DNA from: Nitrospirota bacterium
GTDB lineage: Bacteria > Nitrospirota > Thermodesulfovibrionia > Thermodesulfovibrionales > JdFR-86
Direction: 5' to 3'
Assembly (NCBI GenBank): GCA_963721805.1
Contig: CAVRJY010000001.1
Coordinates: forward strand, 800,001-864,000
DNA: 64,000 nt
Part shown: positions 39,926-50,882 of the stretch, piece after piece
How the letters are laid out: every line of letters begins with the position of its first letter
Numbering within the stretch: the first letter of the stretch is position 1
Program-made: the position numbers and the translations under genes
The notes under the pieces: model-generated
Databases searched by the model: none
Told to the model about the DNA's origin: nothing
Seen by the model: only the letters and a program-made list of their open reading frames with translations

Positions 39926-41629
39926 CTATCCGGCGTGCTCCCGTAGCGCCCTGATCTGGAGCTGGGGGTTTCGGCGGCCCTCCCATTCGTTGATCGAGAC
40001 CGAGAACGCGGCGTCCACGGCCGGTGAGTCCTCGAGCGCGGCCATCATGCCGCCCATGTCGAAGCCTATCGCGTCGAGCATATTGCCGCGGTGCCTGAGG
40101 CGCAGCCTCAGGTGGTTGTTGCCGACGATGCGCGCGCTTGCGACAGCGAGCCCCCGCGCGCCCAGGACGGGCTGCGGGTTTCCATACCCGAACGGGGCGA
40201 GGCCCTCGATCTCCTCGACGAGGCGCGTCGTGATCTCGCCGAGCGTCACGCCGGCGTCGATCTCAAGCGTCGGGACGAACTCCGGCACCGCCGCGCCGAC
40301 CACCTCGTTGAACCTCTCGCGGAACGCGCCGATCTCGGAGGGCCTGAGCGAGACCCCGGCCGCCTGCTTGTGGCCGCCGAAGCTCATCAGCAGCCCCGAG
40401 CACTCGGCAAGCCCGCTGAAGATGTCGAACTCCGGGATGCTCCGTCCGGAGCCGCGCGCCTTCTCCCCCGATACCGAGAGTATGACCGTCGGGCGGTAGA
40501 AGCGGTCCACGAGCTTCGAGGCCACGATGCCTATGACGCCTTCGTGCCAGCCCTCGCCCTCAAGCACGATGGCGTTGCCGAACCCTTCGGCCTCGAGCCT
40601 GCGCAGGGCCTCTTTGAGCACGCCGTCCTCTATCTTCTGGCGCTCTGAGTTCAGGCGGTCGAGGTCGCGCGCGAGCTCCATGGCCTCGTCCTGCGACTCT
40701 GCCAGCAGCAGCCCGACTACGGGCGCGGCGTCAGCGAGCCGGCCAGCCGCGTTTATGCGCGGCACTATCGTGAAATTAAGGAAGGTCGAGGTGACCGGCC
40801 TGTCCGTATGGCCGACCGTGGCGCGCAGCGCAGCGAGCCCGGCGCGGCGGCCCGCCCGGATGTCGGCCAGTCCGCGTATGGCGATCAGGCGGTTTTCGCC
40901 TATGAGAGGCACCGAGTCGGCGAGCGTGCCGATCGCGGCGAGGTCGTAATACGCGGCAGGGTCCACGTCAGCGCCGGAGGCCGCGAGGGCCTCGATCAAT
41001 TTAAGCGCTACCCCGGCCCCCGAGAACTCCGGCCCTATGCCGGCGCCCATGAGCTTGGGGTTGACGATAGCCAGCGCGTCAGGGAGGATAGGGGCGCCGC
41101 CCTCGAGCGCGGGCTCGTGGTGGTCGGTGACGACCACGTCTATGCCGAGGCTGCGCGCCTCGGCCACGGCCTCGAAGGACGAGACGCCGCAGTCGACCGT
41201 GACGATCAGGCCGCAGCGCTCCTGATGCGCGAGCCGCACGGCCGGGGGGTTGAAGCCGTAGCCGTCCTTGAAGCGGTTTGGGATGAAGTGCATGACGTCG
41301 GCCCCGAGGGCTCGCAGGCCCCCGGCCACGATGGCGGTCGAGGTCAGGCCGTCGGCGTCGTAGTCGCCGTGGACGAATATGCGGGTGCCGCGCCGGAGCG
41401 CGTCGAGTATCCGCGAGGCCGCCTCGCGCATGCCTGGGATGTCGAAGGGGTCGGTCGTGCCGCGCTCAGGGGCGCGGTCAAGGAACGCGCGTGCGACCGC
41501 GGGCTCCCTGATCCCGCGGTTGATCAGGATCTGCGCCAGGACGTGCGAGACGCCGGCCTCCCGCGAGAGGTGGCCGACGTACTCGGGATTGGTTTTCTTG
41601 ACGAGCCAGCGCCGGCCGCTGTTTAGCAT
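39926..41629 (-). CDS. recJ: ssDNA exonuclease RecJ
   Basis: GDYDADG, TVDCG, TDHH, DSVPL..ENR, PRINAAGR, GSGRS, GGH. Confidence 0.95.
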   Translation of the reverse strand: MLNSGRRWLVKKTNPEYVGHLSREAGVSHVLAQILINRGIREPAVARAFLDRAPERGTTDPFDIPGMREAASRILDALRRGTRIFVHGDYDADGLTSTAIVAGGLRALGADVMHFIPNRFKDGYGFNPPAVRLAHQERCGLIVTVDCGVSSFEAVAEARSLGIDVVVTDHHEPALEGGAPILPDALAIVNPKLMGAGIGPEFSGAGVALKLIEALAASGADVDPAAYYDLAAIGTLADSVPLIGENRLIAIRGLADIRAGRRAGLAALRATVGHTDRPVTSTFLNFTIVPRINAAGRLADAAPVVGLLLAESQDEAMELARDLDRLNSERQKIEDGVLKEALRRLEAEGFGNAIVLEGEGWHEGVIGIVASKLVDRFYRPTVILSVSGEKARGSGRSIPEFDIFSGLAECSGLLMSFGGHKQAAGVSLRPSEIGAFRERFNEVVGAAVPEFVPTLEIDAGVTLGEITTRLVEEIEGLAPFGYGNPQPVLGARGLAVASARIVGNNHLRLRLRHRGNMLDAIGFDMGGMMAALEDSPAVDAAFSVSINEWEGRRNPQLQIRALREHAG

Positions 41630-41644
41630 CGCGGGGCGGCCCAG

Positions 41645-42562
41645 CTACTTCTTGAGCCCGCCCAGAGCCCTCTTTTCGCCCCAGAGAAGCACTACGGGGC
41701 TTGCCACGAACACGGAGGAGTAAGTGCCGACGATGATGCCCAGGAGGATCGCTAGCGCGAAGTCGTGGATCACCTCGCCGCCGAACAGGAACAGCGAGAG
41801 CGCGCAGAAAAACACGGTCATCGAGACAATTACCGTCCTTGAGAGCACCTCGTTGATGCTCGCGTTGATGATCTCGTTGGTGGGTACCCTGGTGCGGTTT
41901 CGCAGGTTCTCGCGTATCCGGTCGAACACGACGACCGTGTCGGTGAGCGAATAGCCCGCGATAGTCAGCAGCGCGCTTACGAGGATGAGGTTGATCTCCC
42001 TGCCCATGAGATAAAACGCCCCGAGCACCGCCAGCACGTCATGGAAAGTGGCTATCGTGGCCCCTATCCCGAACCAGAACTGGAAGCGGAACGCGATGTA
42101 GATGAGGATGCCGATGACCGAGGCTCCTATGGCGATCAGCGTGTTGCCGCGCAGCCTCTGGCCGACCTTGGGCCCGATCTCGGTCGTCGAATCCACGACC
42201 GGGTGCTGGGCGGAGAACTTGGCGTTGAGCGTCGAGATGATCTTGTCGGAGATGCCGCCGAGCTTGTCCTCGTTCTTCTTGACGCGGATGAGGATTTTGT
42301 TCTCGGTCGGCAGGTCCTGCAGGTCGGCGTCCTTGATGCCCGCGTCCTCTATGGCGACGCGCACGTCGTGCAGCGGGACGTGGGAGTCGAACTTTATCTG
42401 CACCGAGGTGCCCCCGGCGAAGTCTATGCCCAGGTTCGCGTTGCCGAGGGATATCTGCACGACCGCGAAGATCCCTATCAGCGAGAGTATGCCCGAGATC
42501 ACATAGGCGTACCTGCGCTTGCCCATATAGTCGAGGTTGGGTTTCTTTATCAGTTCTATCAT
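41645..42562 (-). CDS. secF: Protein translocase subunit SecF
   Basis: [36 protein letters not shown]. Confidence 0.95.
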   Translation of the reverse strand: MIELIKKPNLDYMGKRRYAYVISGILSLIGIFAVVQISLGNANLGIDFAGGTSVQIKFDSHVPLHDVRVAIEDAGIKDADLQDLPTENKILIRVKKNEDKLGGISDKIISTLNAKFSAQHPVVDSTTEIGPKVGQRLRGNTLIAIGASVIGILIYIAFRFQFWFGIGATIATFHDVLAVLGAFYLMGREINLILVSALLTIAGYSLTDTVVVFDRIRENLRNRTRVPTNEIINASINEVLSRTVIVSMTVFFCALSLFLFGGEVIHDFALAILLGIIVGTYSSVFVASPVVLLWGEKRALGGLKK

Positions 42563-44172
42563 ATGCTTAGCCTCTTAACCTCTCTGCGCTGGAAGATGAG
42601 ATCGAAGATCGTCTTGGTGCCGACCAGTGCGGTATAAAGATTGATCGCGACGCCGAGGCTCAGCGTGACCGCGAAGCCCTTGATAGGGCCGGTGCCGAAC
42701 TGAAAGAGCACCGCGGCCGTGATGAGCGTCGTCACGTGCGCGTCGAATATCGTCCAGAAGGCCTTGTCGTAGCCTGTGTCCACCGCGGCGCGCGCTGTCT
42801 TGCCCGCGCGGATTTCCTCGCGCATTCGCTCGAACATCAGCACGTTACTGTCGACGGCCATGCCGACGGCGAGTATTATGCCGGCGATGCCGGGCATCGT
42901 GAGCGTGGCGTTAAGCGAGGCCATCGCTCCGAGCAGCAGTATGATGTTCAGCACGAGGGCGAAGTCCGCTATCACCCCGGAGAGCCTGTAGTAGAAGATC
43001 ATGAATACTATGACCATGATCGAGCCGATCAGCCCGGCCATCTTGCCGGCCTGTATCGAGTCGCGCCCGAGCGACGGGCCGACCGTGACGTTCTGGAGCA
43101 TCTTGACCGGGGCCGGCAGAGCGCCTGCCTTCAGCACGATGGCCAGGTCCTTGGCCTCGTCCATCGTGAAGCTGCCGGTGATCTGGGCGCTTCCGCCGGA
43201 GATGCGCTCGCGTATGACCGGGGCCGAATATACGTTGTTGTCTAGGATGATCGCCATGCGGTTGTTGACGTTGGCGGCCGTGACGTCGTCAAATATCTTG
43301 GCGCCGCTCGCGTTAAAAGTGATGGACACGTAGGGCTCGCTGTAGCGCTGGTCGATGCTCACGCGGGCCTCCGAAAGCAGGTCGCCGGTCAGCAGCGCGG
43401 TCTTGTGCAGGAGCAGCGGGACCTTGATGACCGCGCCGGTCTCCTTGTTGGTCACGCGCTCAAAGAGGATCTCGTCGTCCTCGGGGATCTTGCCCTTTAA
43501 CTTTTCAAGCAGCGCGACTTCATCGCCCGGAGCGAGCGAGCGCGGAAGCTCGGCCGCGACCGGGGACTTGTCGTCCACTATCTTGAACTCCAGCAGCGCG
43601 GTCTTGCCGATGATGTCGATGGCGCGCTTGGGGTCCTTGATGCCCGGCAGCTGGATCACGAGCTCGTTGGTGCCCTGGCGCTGTATCGAGGGCTCGGCCA
43701 CGCCGAACTGGTCGATGCGGTTGCGGATAGTCTCGATGGCCTGCTCGGTGGAGTTGTCACGGACGCGGTTGCGCTCGGCCTCGGAGAGCATGTAGTTGCC
43801 GCTGCCCTTGCTCTCGAGCAGCGGAAAGTCGTCCTTGATCAGCTGGTCGATCTCGGGCGTCGCCGGAGTGACGTTTATCGTAAGCCCGCTGACCTTGACG
43901 TCGACGTTGATGTTCTTCTTCTTGGCCGAGTCCTTGATCACCTGCCCAAGGCGCTCGGTCGTGATCTCGACGGCCTTGTCGCCCTCGACCTCGAATACGA
44001 GGTGCAGGCCGCCCTGCAGGTCGAGCCCCAGCGTTATGCCCTTGCTGGGCATCGTGTTTTTCCACCATGAGGGCATGGCGTCGAATACCGGTGTGTTGGG
44101 AAGGAAGAACACCGTGGCCAGCACTATCGTGGCTGCTATGATTATGATGCGCCCTAGTACGCCCTGTTTCAT
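42559..44172 (-). CDS. secD: Protein translocase subunit SecD
   Basis: [43 protein letters not shown] 44172 with GGAGG RBS. Confidence 0.95.
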   Translation of the reverse strand: MKQGVLGRIIIIAATIVLATVFFLPNTPVFDAMPSWWKNTMPSKGITLGLDLQGGLHLVFEVEGDKAVEITTERLGQVIKDSAKKKNINVDVKVSGLTINVTPATPEIDQLIKDDFPLLESKGSGNYMLSEAERNRVRDNSTEQAIETIRNRIDQFGVAEPSIQRQGTNELVIQLPGIKDPKRAIDIIGKTALLEFKIVDDKSPVAAELPRSLAPGDEVALLEKLKGKIPEDDEILFERVTNKETGAVIKVPLLLHKTALLTGDLLSEARVSIDQRYSEPYVSITFNASGAKIFDDVTAANVNNRMAIILDNNVYSAPVIRERISGGSAQITGSFTMDEAKDLAIVLKAGALPAPVKMLQNVTVGPSLGRDSIQAGKMAGLIGSIMVIVFMIFYYRLSGVIADFALVLNIILLLGAMASLNATLTMPGIAGIILAVGMAVDSNVLMFERMREEIRAGKTARAAVDTGYDKAFWTIFDAHVTTLITAAVLFQFGTGPIKGFAVTLSLGVAINLYTALVGTKTIFDLIFQRREVKRLSI

Positions 44173-44353
44173 CCACCCCTCCAAAGACAAGGCATCTTAA
44201 CGATGCGGATATGTCATATGCATATTGATATGCATATAGATTAAACCCGGTTATTTTGCACTAAATGCCCCCCATTCGGCAAGTCCATCCTTAAAAGGGC
44301 GGCTCGGGGCGGCTATTGATATTCGGCCGCGATTATTGGACAATAGCGGTGAG

Positions 44354-46327
44354 ATGAACAAAAACCGGCTTATTTTGCACGGGTTGGCCCTGTGCTCCAC
44401 GCTCATGTTCCTGGCGTTTCAGCTCTACGACCCTGCCGTGCTCCGCGAGCAGGTCGAGGCCAAGACGCTGGATCTGCGCCAATACCTCCGCAACCGCATG
44501 ACCAAGCCCGCGCCGCCCGAGGACATCCTTATCGTGACGGTCGACGAGCACAGCATCGCCGAGGTGGGGCGGTGGCCCTGGAGTCGCACAGTGATAGCCG
44601 GCCTGATAAACACGATATCCTCCGGGGCCCCGAAGGCGATCGGCGTGGACATACTGTTCAGCGAGCCAGAGGGCAAGGGGCCGGACGAGGCGCTCGGACG
44701 GGCGATATCGGAGGCCGGAAACGTCGTGCTCGCAACCGGGTTTCTGGTCTTTGCCGATACGGGCGAGCGCATGAAAACGGTCAAGCCCGACTACCTGTGG
44801 GAGCACGCATTCATGGAGGTCAAGGGCACGAAGGATATCCCGTGGAAGCGCTGGGTGCTCAACGCAGACAGCGTGCTCGCGCCGGTCGCGCCGATTGCCT
44901 CGGGGGCGGAGATAGGCTCGGTCTATACACAGCCGGACCTCGACGGGGTGCTGCGCTGGGAGATTCTTGCGCTTCAGTACGACGGGGACTTCTACCCATC
45001 GATGCCGCTTCAGGTCGTGAGGATCGCCAAGGGCCTCAAGCCGCAGGACATGGCCGTGCTTGGCGGCACCGGCATCAAACTCGGCGCCGAGACGATACCC
45101 ACGGACTTAGGTATGCGGATCCTCCTTAACTACCGGGGCGGCGCGGGCAGCTTCCGCTATATCCCGGCCGCCGACCTGATGAAAGGACGCGTCTCGCCAT
45201 CGGTATTCAAGGATAGGATCGTGCTGCTCGGGACCTCGGCGCTCGCTACCTATGACCAGAAGGTGACGCCGCTTTCGGCCAACATGCCGGGGGTCGAGAA
45301 AAACGCCACGGTCATCGACAATATCATCCATCGGAGCTATCTGACCCGCAGCCCCGGCGTGATAGAAATGGTTATCACTGTCCTGACCGCCGTCATACTG
45401 AGCATCATTACCCAGCGCACGAGGGCGCTGGTCGGCGTATCTTTCGCGCTGCTGCTGATCGCGGGATATATCGGGTTCTCGTTTTACATGCTCGAGGCTC
45501 GCGGCGTATGGCTGAACGTTATCTATCCGGTCGGCAACATGGGGCTGATCTTCGTCTCGCAGGGCGCGGCGAGGTTCTTCCTCGAGGAGCTTAAGGCGAG
45601 GCACATCAGGCATATGTTTTCGAGCTACGTCTCTCCGAAGGTCGTCGAGGCCCTGATCGAGAACCCGGAGAAGGCGAAGCTCGGCGGCGACAAGAAGGAA
45701 CTGACGGTGCTGTTCTCCGACGTGGCCGGCTTTACGAGCATATCGGAGAAGCTCGACCCCGCGGAGGTCGTGGCGCTCCTTAACGAGTATTTCAAGTCGA
45801 TGACGGACGTGATATTCCGCTGGGACGGGACGTTTGACAAGATCGTGGGCGACGAGATCATGGCATTCTGGGGCGCGCCGGTTGACCAGCCAGACCATCC
45901 TGAGCGCGCCGTGCGCTGCGCGCTCGACATGCTCAACAAGCTTGAGGTCCTGCGCGAGAAATGGCGCGCCGAGGGCAGGCCGCTCATCCAGATGGGCATA
46001 GGCATCAACACCGGGCCGATGCTGGTTGGAAACATCGGGGCCGAGGACAAGAAGATGGACTATACCGTGATGGGCGACTCGGTCAACGCCGGGGCGCGCG
46101 TCGAGGCGCTCACAAGGTCGTATAACGCCAAGATACTGATCACCGAAGCGACCTACGAGAAGATACGGCCGCAGGTCGAGGCGGGCCACTTCGGCCACAC
46201 TAAGTTTGAGTGCAGGGGAGAGGTCAAGGTTAAGGGGAAGGAGATTTTATTCCAGGTCTATGAAGTCTATGACACGGAAGCCAAATGGGATCACACGTTC
46301 GACGGAACGGGCTCGGATACTAAGTGA
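44354..46327 (+). CDS. CHASE2-domain class III adenylate/guanylate cyclase
   Basis: VDE.S...GRWPW.R, DILFSE, D.DG..R, PGVE; TVLFSDVAGFT, DKIVGDEIMAFWGAP, DYTVMGDSVN..AR.E. Confidence 0.9.
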   Translation: MNKNRLILHGLALCSTLMFLAFQLYDPAVLREQVEAKTLDLRQYLRNRMTKPAPPEDILIVTVDEHSIAEVGRWPWSRTVIAGLINTISSGAPKAIGVDILFSEPEGKGPDEALGRAISEAGNVVLATGFLVFADTGERMKTVKPDYLWEHAFMEVKGTKDIPWKRWVLNADSVLAPVAPIASGAEIGSVYTQPDLDGVLRWEILALQYDGDFYPSMPLQVVRIAKGLKPQDMAVLGGTGIKLGAETIPTDLGMRILLNYRGGAGSFRYIPAADLMKGRVSPSVFKDRIVLLGTSALATYDQKVTPLSANMPGVEKNATVIDNIIHRSYLTRSPGVIEMVITVLTAVILSIITQRTRALVGVSFALLLIAGYIGFSFYMLEARGVWLNVIYPVGNMGLIFVSQGAARFFLEELKARHIRHMFSSYVSPKVVEALIENPEKAKLGGDKKELTVLFSDVAGFTSISEKLDPAEVVALLNEYFKSMTDVIFRWDGTFDKIVGDEIMAFWGAPVDQPDHPERAVRCALDMLNKLEVLREKWRAEGRPLIQMGIGINTGPMLVGNIGAEDKKMDYTVMGDSVNAGARVEALTRSYNAKILITEATYEKIRPQVEAGHFGHTKFECRGEVKVKGKEILFQVYEVYDTEAKWDHTFDGTGSDTK

Positions 46328-46336
46328 TCGATTTTG

Positions 46337-46540
46337 GAAAGCGCGCTAAAGTCGCGTGATACGTTGTCGCGGTTTCAAAGACGCGCCCTCGGAGTACGTC
46401 TCAGTACACCGTCGGGCGGTCTCCTCACCGCTCCTAGTCTGACGCGATTTATCGCGCTTTGCGGGGTTAGACGCGGCCCAGCCGCTGGACCCCGCACCCC
46501 AAGGTCAACGGCATTTATTTGAGTAAGCGCTCTGTGCGAA
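46337..46540 (-). repeat. Modular structured repeat, copy 4 (core 46337-46460, B, C; D absent)
   Basis: AAAGCGCG/CGCGCTTT, TGATACGTTG, GTACGTCTCAGTAC, CCTAGTCTGA, CCCCAAGGTCAACGGC. Confidence 0.88.
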
Positions 46541-46901
46541 GATTGAGCGGGGCAGGTGGCAGTTTTAATCTTATGCGGGATGCTGTGCTCCCCTGCACTC
46601 TCAAAAGGGCCTGACGGCATGCATGCGCAAATTTGTTCTATCAGGCCATGTTCCGCGAGACGTTTCCATTGATTTTTGAAATGTAACAATCGCGGCGATT
46701 GGAACTTATATGGATAAAGGCTTCGATAGCGGTTTCGCCGCATCAGGCAAGCCCTGCGAGCTATCGCTACAGCTTTATATGGTTGTTTTGGGATACATGG
46801 AACATGAATATAAGATGCAAGTAATGGTAAACTAATCAAACATTTATCAATATCCTCGTGTTTTAAAGCGAGGGATATGACAACATGAAAGGAAAATAAT
46901 C

Positions 46902-47753
46902 ATGAGTCTAGTTAAGTTTAGTGCTTATGCAACTTCTACTCAATATCCTGGCATTGAGAAAATCCCAGCTGATCATATTTTTGTTTGCCCAGGAGATGGT
47001 AGTCATAATTGGAACTGCTTTGGCGGAGGATGCGAAATAATTATAAATAAATCGAGGGAATTAAGGAAATTAGAGAACGGTTCGGGATCGGGAAACGCCC
47101 GGTGGGCCAGCTTGATATATGGCCCTTCTTCCGAGGGAGATCCAAATTTCTACGGCAGCGCGGCTGGTATTAGAAATGTGTATGATGGAGTTTGTCACAA
47201 TGTTGCGAATCGAATTCTAGTGATTACCGGAGAGGGGATAGACGTAAGCGGAGCAGCCGGAAATGAGTTGGTAACATTGATGTACGGAAAATTTGGGTAT
47301 AATATTGAAAAGTTTATTGATAATGTTAGGATTACCGCTAAGCTAGTAAATGAGGAGCAACCAGGGACATTGACTGATCAAGAAATTGAAGACGTTGTAA
47401 ATCGGATTACGCGGGGGGTATCTCCTGATAATGAGTTGGAGATATTGAAGAAGGATTTGGATGAGCATTTTGGTCCGCATCTTTCCCATTTGAGCGACGA
47501 AGAACGGTCAAAGTTTGACAGCATCTACAAAGATTTCCAAGATGATCGTAAGACGGCTTATTATGATGCTGAACCACAAACTGGAACTGGCCTAGAGTTT
47601 CAAAGAAGATTTGCTGATCGGATAGAACCCCATCTGAAAACATGCTTGTTAAAACTCGATGAGTTGCTCGGAAGAGATCGATTTCTAGCGCTTTTTAAGG
47701 GTGTGCCCGAATCTGTTATCGCAGCTGCTAAAGGATTCTTGTTTATGCGATGA
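46902..47753 (+). CDS. AT-rich hypothetical protein (possible permuted papain-like His...Cys hydrolase)
   Basis: 283-aa ORF with AAGGA RBS in visibly AT-rich DNA; ADHIFV...GVCHNVANRIL. Confidence 0.7.
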   Translation: MSLVKFSAYATSTQYPGIEKIPADHIFVCPGDGSHNWNCFGGGCEIIINKSRELRKLENGSGSGNARWASLIYGPSSEGDPNFYGSAAGIRNVYDGVCHNVANRILVITGEGIDVSGAAGNELVTLMYGKFGYNIEKFIDNVRITAKLVNEEQPGTLTDQEIEDVVNRITRGVSPDNELEILKKDLDEHFGPHLSHLSDEERSKFDSIYKDFQDDRKTAYYDAEPQTGTGLEFQRRFADRIEPHLKTCLLKLDELLGRDRFLALFKGVPESVIAAAKGFLFMR

Positions 47754-47840
47754 AAACGATTAGGTATGCCTCGCACGTTACCGCTCACCTCATTGTCCAC
47801 AACTACCCCGCTTGCTGGTAGAGCTTATCTCTAATTTAAT

Positions 47841-48974
47841 TTACAAACCCAGCGCTACGAACAGCCTGACCGTAACCGGGTTCATGAGCATGAGGGCATC
47901 GGGGGTTAAGGCCACGCGGCCGGCGCGCTCGACTATCATCCCCTCCCTTATAAGGGGGGCGCATGCGGCCGAGAGGTCAAGCCCGTGCTCGTTTTGGAAG
48001 CGAGCGAGTTCAAGCCCCTCCGAGGTGCGCAGGCCGAGCATGACCTCCTCCCGAAGCGCGTCGGCCTCGGATAGCTCGTGGCGTTCGGCCACGGGCTGGA
48101 TGCCCTCTCCGAGCATCCTTACGTAGGCGTCCGTGTCCTCGACGTTCCACCATCGCGCAGTTCCGTCGAAGGAGTGCGCGCCGGGGCCGAGCCCGAGGAA
48201 GCTCCCCCGCCGCCAGTAGTTGAGGTTGTGGCGGCACTCCATGCCCGGCAGGGCGTAGTTCGAGACCTCGTAATGCCCGTACCCCTCGGCCGTGAGCAGC
48301 TCCCTGCCGCGGTGAAACATATCGGTGACGAGGTCCTCAGACGGCATCGCCACGCTCCCGCCCTCTATCGCGTCCCAAAGCGGCGTGCCCTCGGCAGGCG
48401 TAAGCTCATAGGCCGATACGTGCGAGGGCCGGAGTTCGAGCACCCTGCCGAGCGTCCGCTCCCAGTCCCTCATGGCCTGCCCCGGCAGCCCGTACATCAG
48501 GTCGACCGAGAGGTGCAAGCCGTGGTCCTTGATCATCAGCGCGGCGCGGAGCGCGTCCTTTGCGGTATGCAGCCGTCCGAGGCTGCGCAGTTCGGGGTCG
48601 TTGAGCGACTGCACGCCGAGGCTCATGCGCGTTACCCCAGAGCGTTTTAAGATCCCGAGTTTTTCGTCATCGAGAGTGCCGGGGTTGGCCTCGACCGTGA
48701 ACTCACGCGCCTCATGGGTGATCTCCGTGACAATCTCAAGCAGAGAGGAAAGCATAGGGGCGGGAAGCGAGGTGGGCGTGCCGCCGCCTACGTAAACCGT
48801 ATCGGGCGGGCCGGGGGCCAGGAAGCGCGCCTCGCTTCCGAGGGCGTTGAGGTATGCGCGCGCCGGGGCCTCCTCGATCCTGACCGAGTAGAAGTCGCAG
48901 TACGCGCACTTGCCGATGCAGTACGGCACGTGCACGTAGAGCCCCTCGTACCTGCGCCCTTTTATTATTTCCAT
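47841..48974 (-). CDS. hemW: Radical SAM heme chaperone HemW
   Basis: YVHVPYC..KC.YCDF, GGGTP, EANP, YEVSN, HNLNYW signature. Confidence 0.88.
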   Translation of the reverse strand: MEIIKGRRYEGLYVHVPYCIGKCAYCDFYSVRIEEAPARAYLNALGSEARFLAPGPPDTVYVGGGTPTSLPAPMLSSLLEIVTEITHEAREFTVEANPGTLDDEKLGILKRSGVTRMSLGVQSLNDPELRSLGRLHTAKDALRAALMIKDHGLHLSVDLMYGLPGQAMRDWERTLGRVLELRPSHVSAYELTPAEGTPLWDAIEGGSVAMPSEDLVTDMFHRGRELLTAEGYGHYEVSNYALPGMECRHNLNYWRRGSFLGLGPGAHSFDGTARWWNVEDTDAYVRMLGEGIQPVAERHELSEADALREEVMLGLRTSEGLELARFQNEHGLDLSAACAPLIREGMIVERAGRVALTPDALMLMNPVTVRLFVALGL

Positions 48975-48991
48975 GGCTACTTTATAATACA

Positions 48992-49327
48992 ATGATGTTG
49001 ACCGGATATAATACCAACGTGCCGCACAAGGGCCGCACCCTGCACGTCCAGACCGAGGACGGGGGGCGGGGCAACCCGGTCATAACCACCCTTTTATACG
49101 AGCGCGGGGCTATACTGGATTCGGTGCGCGCGGCCTATGCCGACCTCCTGATCGACGAGGACTGGAAGGAAAAGGTCGTAGGTATGATGCGCGAGCAGCA
49201 CAAGCGGCTGATACAGGCCGTGATGTCGGGCAGCTATGACGAGGCCCCCTCCGGGGAGGCCGCGCCGGACGCGGATCAGGCAGGGCAAGAGGACATAGAC
49301 TCAGTCGTTGCCGCATACATAATCTGA
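48992..49327 (+). CDS. Conserved hypothetical protein
   Basis: GYNTNV...G...HVQTED.G..NP.I.T..Y..G.I pattern; upstream of ftsE. Confidence 0.65.
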   Translation: MMLTGYNTNVPHKGRTLHVQTEDGGRGNPVITTLLYERGAILDSVRAAYADLLIDEDWKEKVVGMMREQHKRLIQAVMSGSYDEAPSGEAAPDADQAGQEDIDSVVAAYII

Positions 49328-49346
49328 GCGCGGAGGTGCCTGAAGC

Positions 49347-50006
49347 TTGATAAAGTTCGTGGACGTGACAAAGACCTTCGAGAGCTCCACGATCATCAGG
49401 AAGGCGAACTTCGAGATCGGGCGCGGGGAGATGGTATTCATCTCGGGGCCCAGCGGCTCGGGGAAGACCACCCTGCTGAAGATGATCTTCATGGAGGAGC
49501 GGCCGGACGAGGGCCAGATCCTCGTCGACGACAAGGACCTGACCAACCTGCCCCCGTCGCACATCGCCCACCTCAGGCGCATGGTCGGCGTCGTGTTCCA
49601 GGACTTCAGGCTCCTGCCGATGAGCGTATACGACAACGTGGCGCTGACGCTGCGCATACGCGGGATGAGCGAACGCGCGCTAAGGCCGATAGTCAACGAC
49701 ACGCTGAAGCTCGCGGGCCTCAGACACAAGGCCGAGAGCTTCGCCGAATCGCTCTCGGGCGGGGAGCAGCAGCGGGTATCCATCGCGCGCGCCATTGTGG
49801 GCGAGCCGCAGGTCCTGCTCGCCGACGAACCGACGGGCAACCTCGACCCTGACACCGCGGCCGGGATAAGGAAGCTGTTTAGGGAGATCAACATGCACGG
49901 CACCACGGTGGTGTTCGCCACGCACTCGCGCGAGCTGTTTCGCGACCTCGGCAACCGCGTCCTGAGGCTCGAGGACGGCGTGATAATGCAGGAGGCCGGG
50001 CTTTGA
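49347..50006 (+). CDS. ftsE: Cell division ATP-binding protein FtsE
   Basis: GPSGSGKTT, GVVFQDFRLL, LSGGEQQRV, ADEPTGNLD. Confidence 0.92.
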   Translation: MIKFVDVTKTFESSTIIRKANFEIGRGEMVFISGPSGSGKTTLLKMIFMEERPDEGQILVDDKDLTNLPPSHIAHLRRMVGVVFQDFRLLPMSVYDNVALTLRIRGMSERALRPIVNDTLKLAGLRHKAESFAESLSGGEQQRVSIARAIVGEPQVLLADEPTGNLDPDTAAGIRKLFREINMHGTTVVFATHSRELFRDLGNRVLRLEDGVIMQEAGL

Positions 50007-50875
50007 ACGCATACCAGATCCGCACTGCCGTAAACGGCATAATGCGCGAGAAGTGGATAAACGCCATAAGCGTCCTGGCTATCGCCACCGGGCTGCTTCT
50101 GGCCGCGATGGCGTACCTCGCGGTCTATAACGTCAAGCTCGCGGCCGACCGCCTGCCCGAGCGGTTCTCCGTCACGGTGTTTTTGAGCGACACGCTCACC
50201 GGGGCCCAGGGCCGCGACCTGGCAAACCAGGTCAGCCGCATCGAGGGCGTAAAGCAGGTCACTTACATATCGCGCGATGATGCCCTCGCGGAACTGAAGC
50301 GCACCATGGCCGACGCAGATACGATACTCGGCGGCCTCGCAGAAAACCCGCTGCCCGCGTCCCTGGACGTCAGGGTCAACGAGGACTCCGTGACGGCCGA
50401 GGCGGTGCGCACGGTCGCGGACGCGATAAAGAGGATCAGCGGCGTCTCGGACGTCGAATACGGCGAGAAGCTGCTGGGCGTGATACAGAAGGTGAGGTAT
50501 TACGCCGGCACGTTCGCCTCGGCGGTGATGACGATAATCGTGGCCGGGATGCTGTTCGTCTGCTACAGCACGGTGAAGATCCTGCTGTACCGCAAGCGCG
50601 AGGAGGTCGATACGCTCATGGTGCTCGGGGCCACCAAGTGGTTCATCCGGGGGCCGTTCATCATGGAGGGCGCGATCGTCGGGCTTTTGGGCGGCCTGAT
50701 CGCGGCCGGCGGGCTCATGGCCTTCAAGGTCGTGGTGTTCGACCAGATGATGTCGACGATGCCGCTGCTGGGCGAGTTGAGCGCGCCGCCCGAGATCCTG
50801 CTGGCGCTGCCCCTTGGCGGCCTGCTGGTTGGCGCGCTCGGGGCGCTTATGGCCGTCGGGGCCATAAAATATTAG
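50003..50875 (+). CDS. ftsX: Cell division permease FtsX
   Basis: ENPLPAS, M.VLGAT.WFIRGPFIMEG; follows ftsE. Confidence 0.9.
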   Translation: MNAYQIRTAVNGIMREKWINAISVLAIATGLLLAAMAYLAVYNVKLAADRLPERFSVTVFLSDTLTGAQGRDLANQVSRIEGVKQVTYISRDDALAELKRTMADADTILGGLAENPLPASLDVRVNEDSVTAEAVRTVADAIKRISGVSDVEYGEKLLGVIQKVRYYAGTFASAVMTIIVAGMLFVCYSTVKILLYRKREEVDTLMVLGATKWFIRGPFIMEGAIVGLLGGLIAAGGLMAFKVVVFDQMMSTMPLLGELSAPPEILLALPLGGLLVGALGALMAVGAIKY

Positions 50876-50882
50876 GCCGCCG

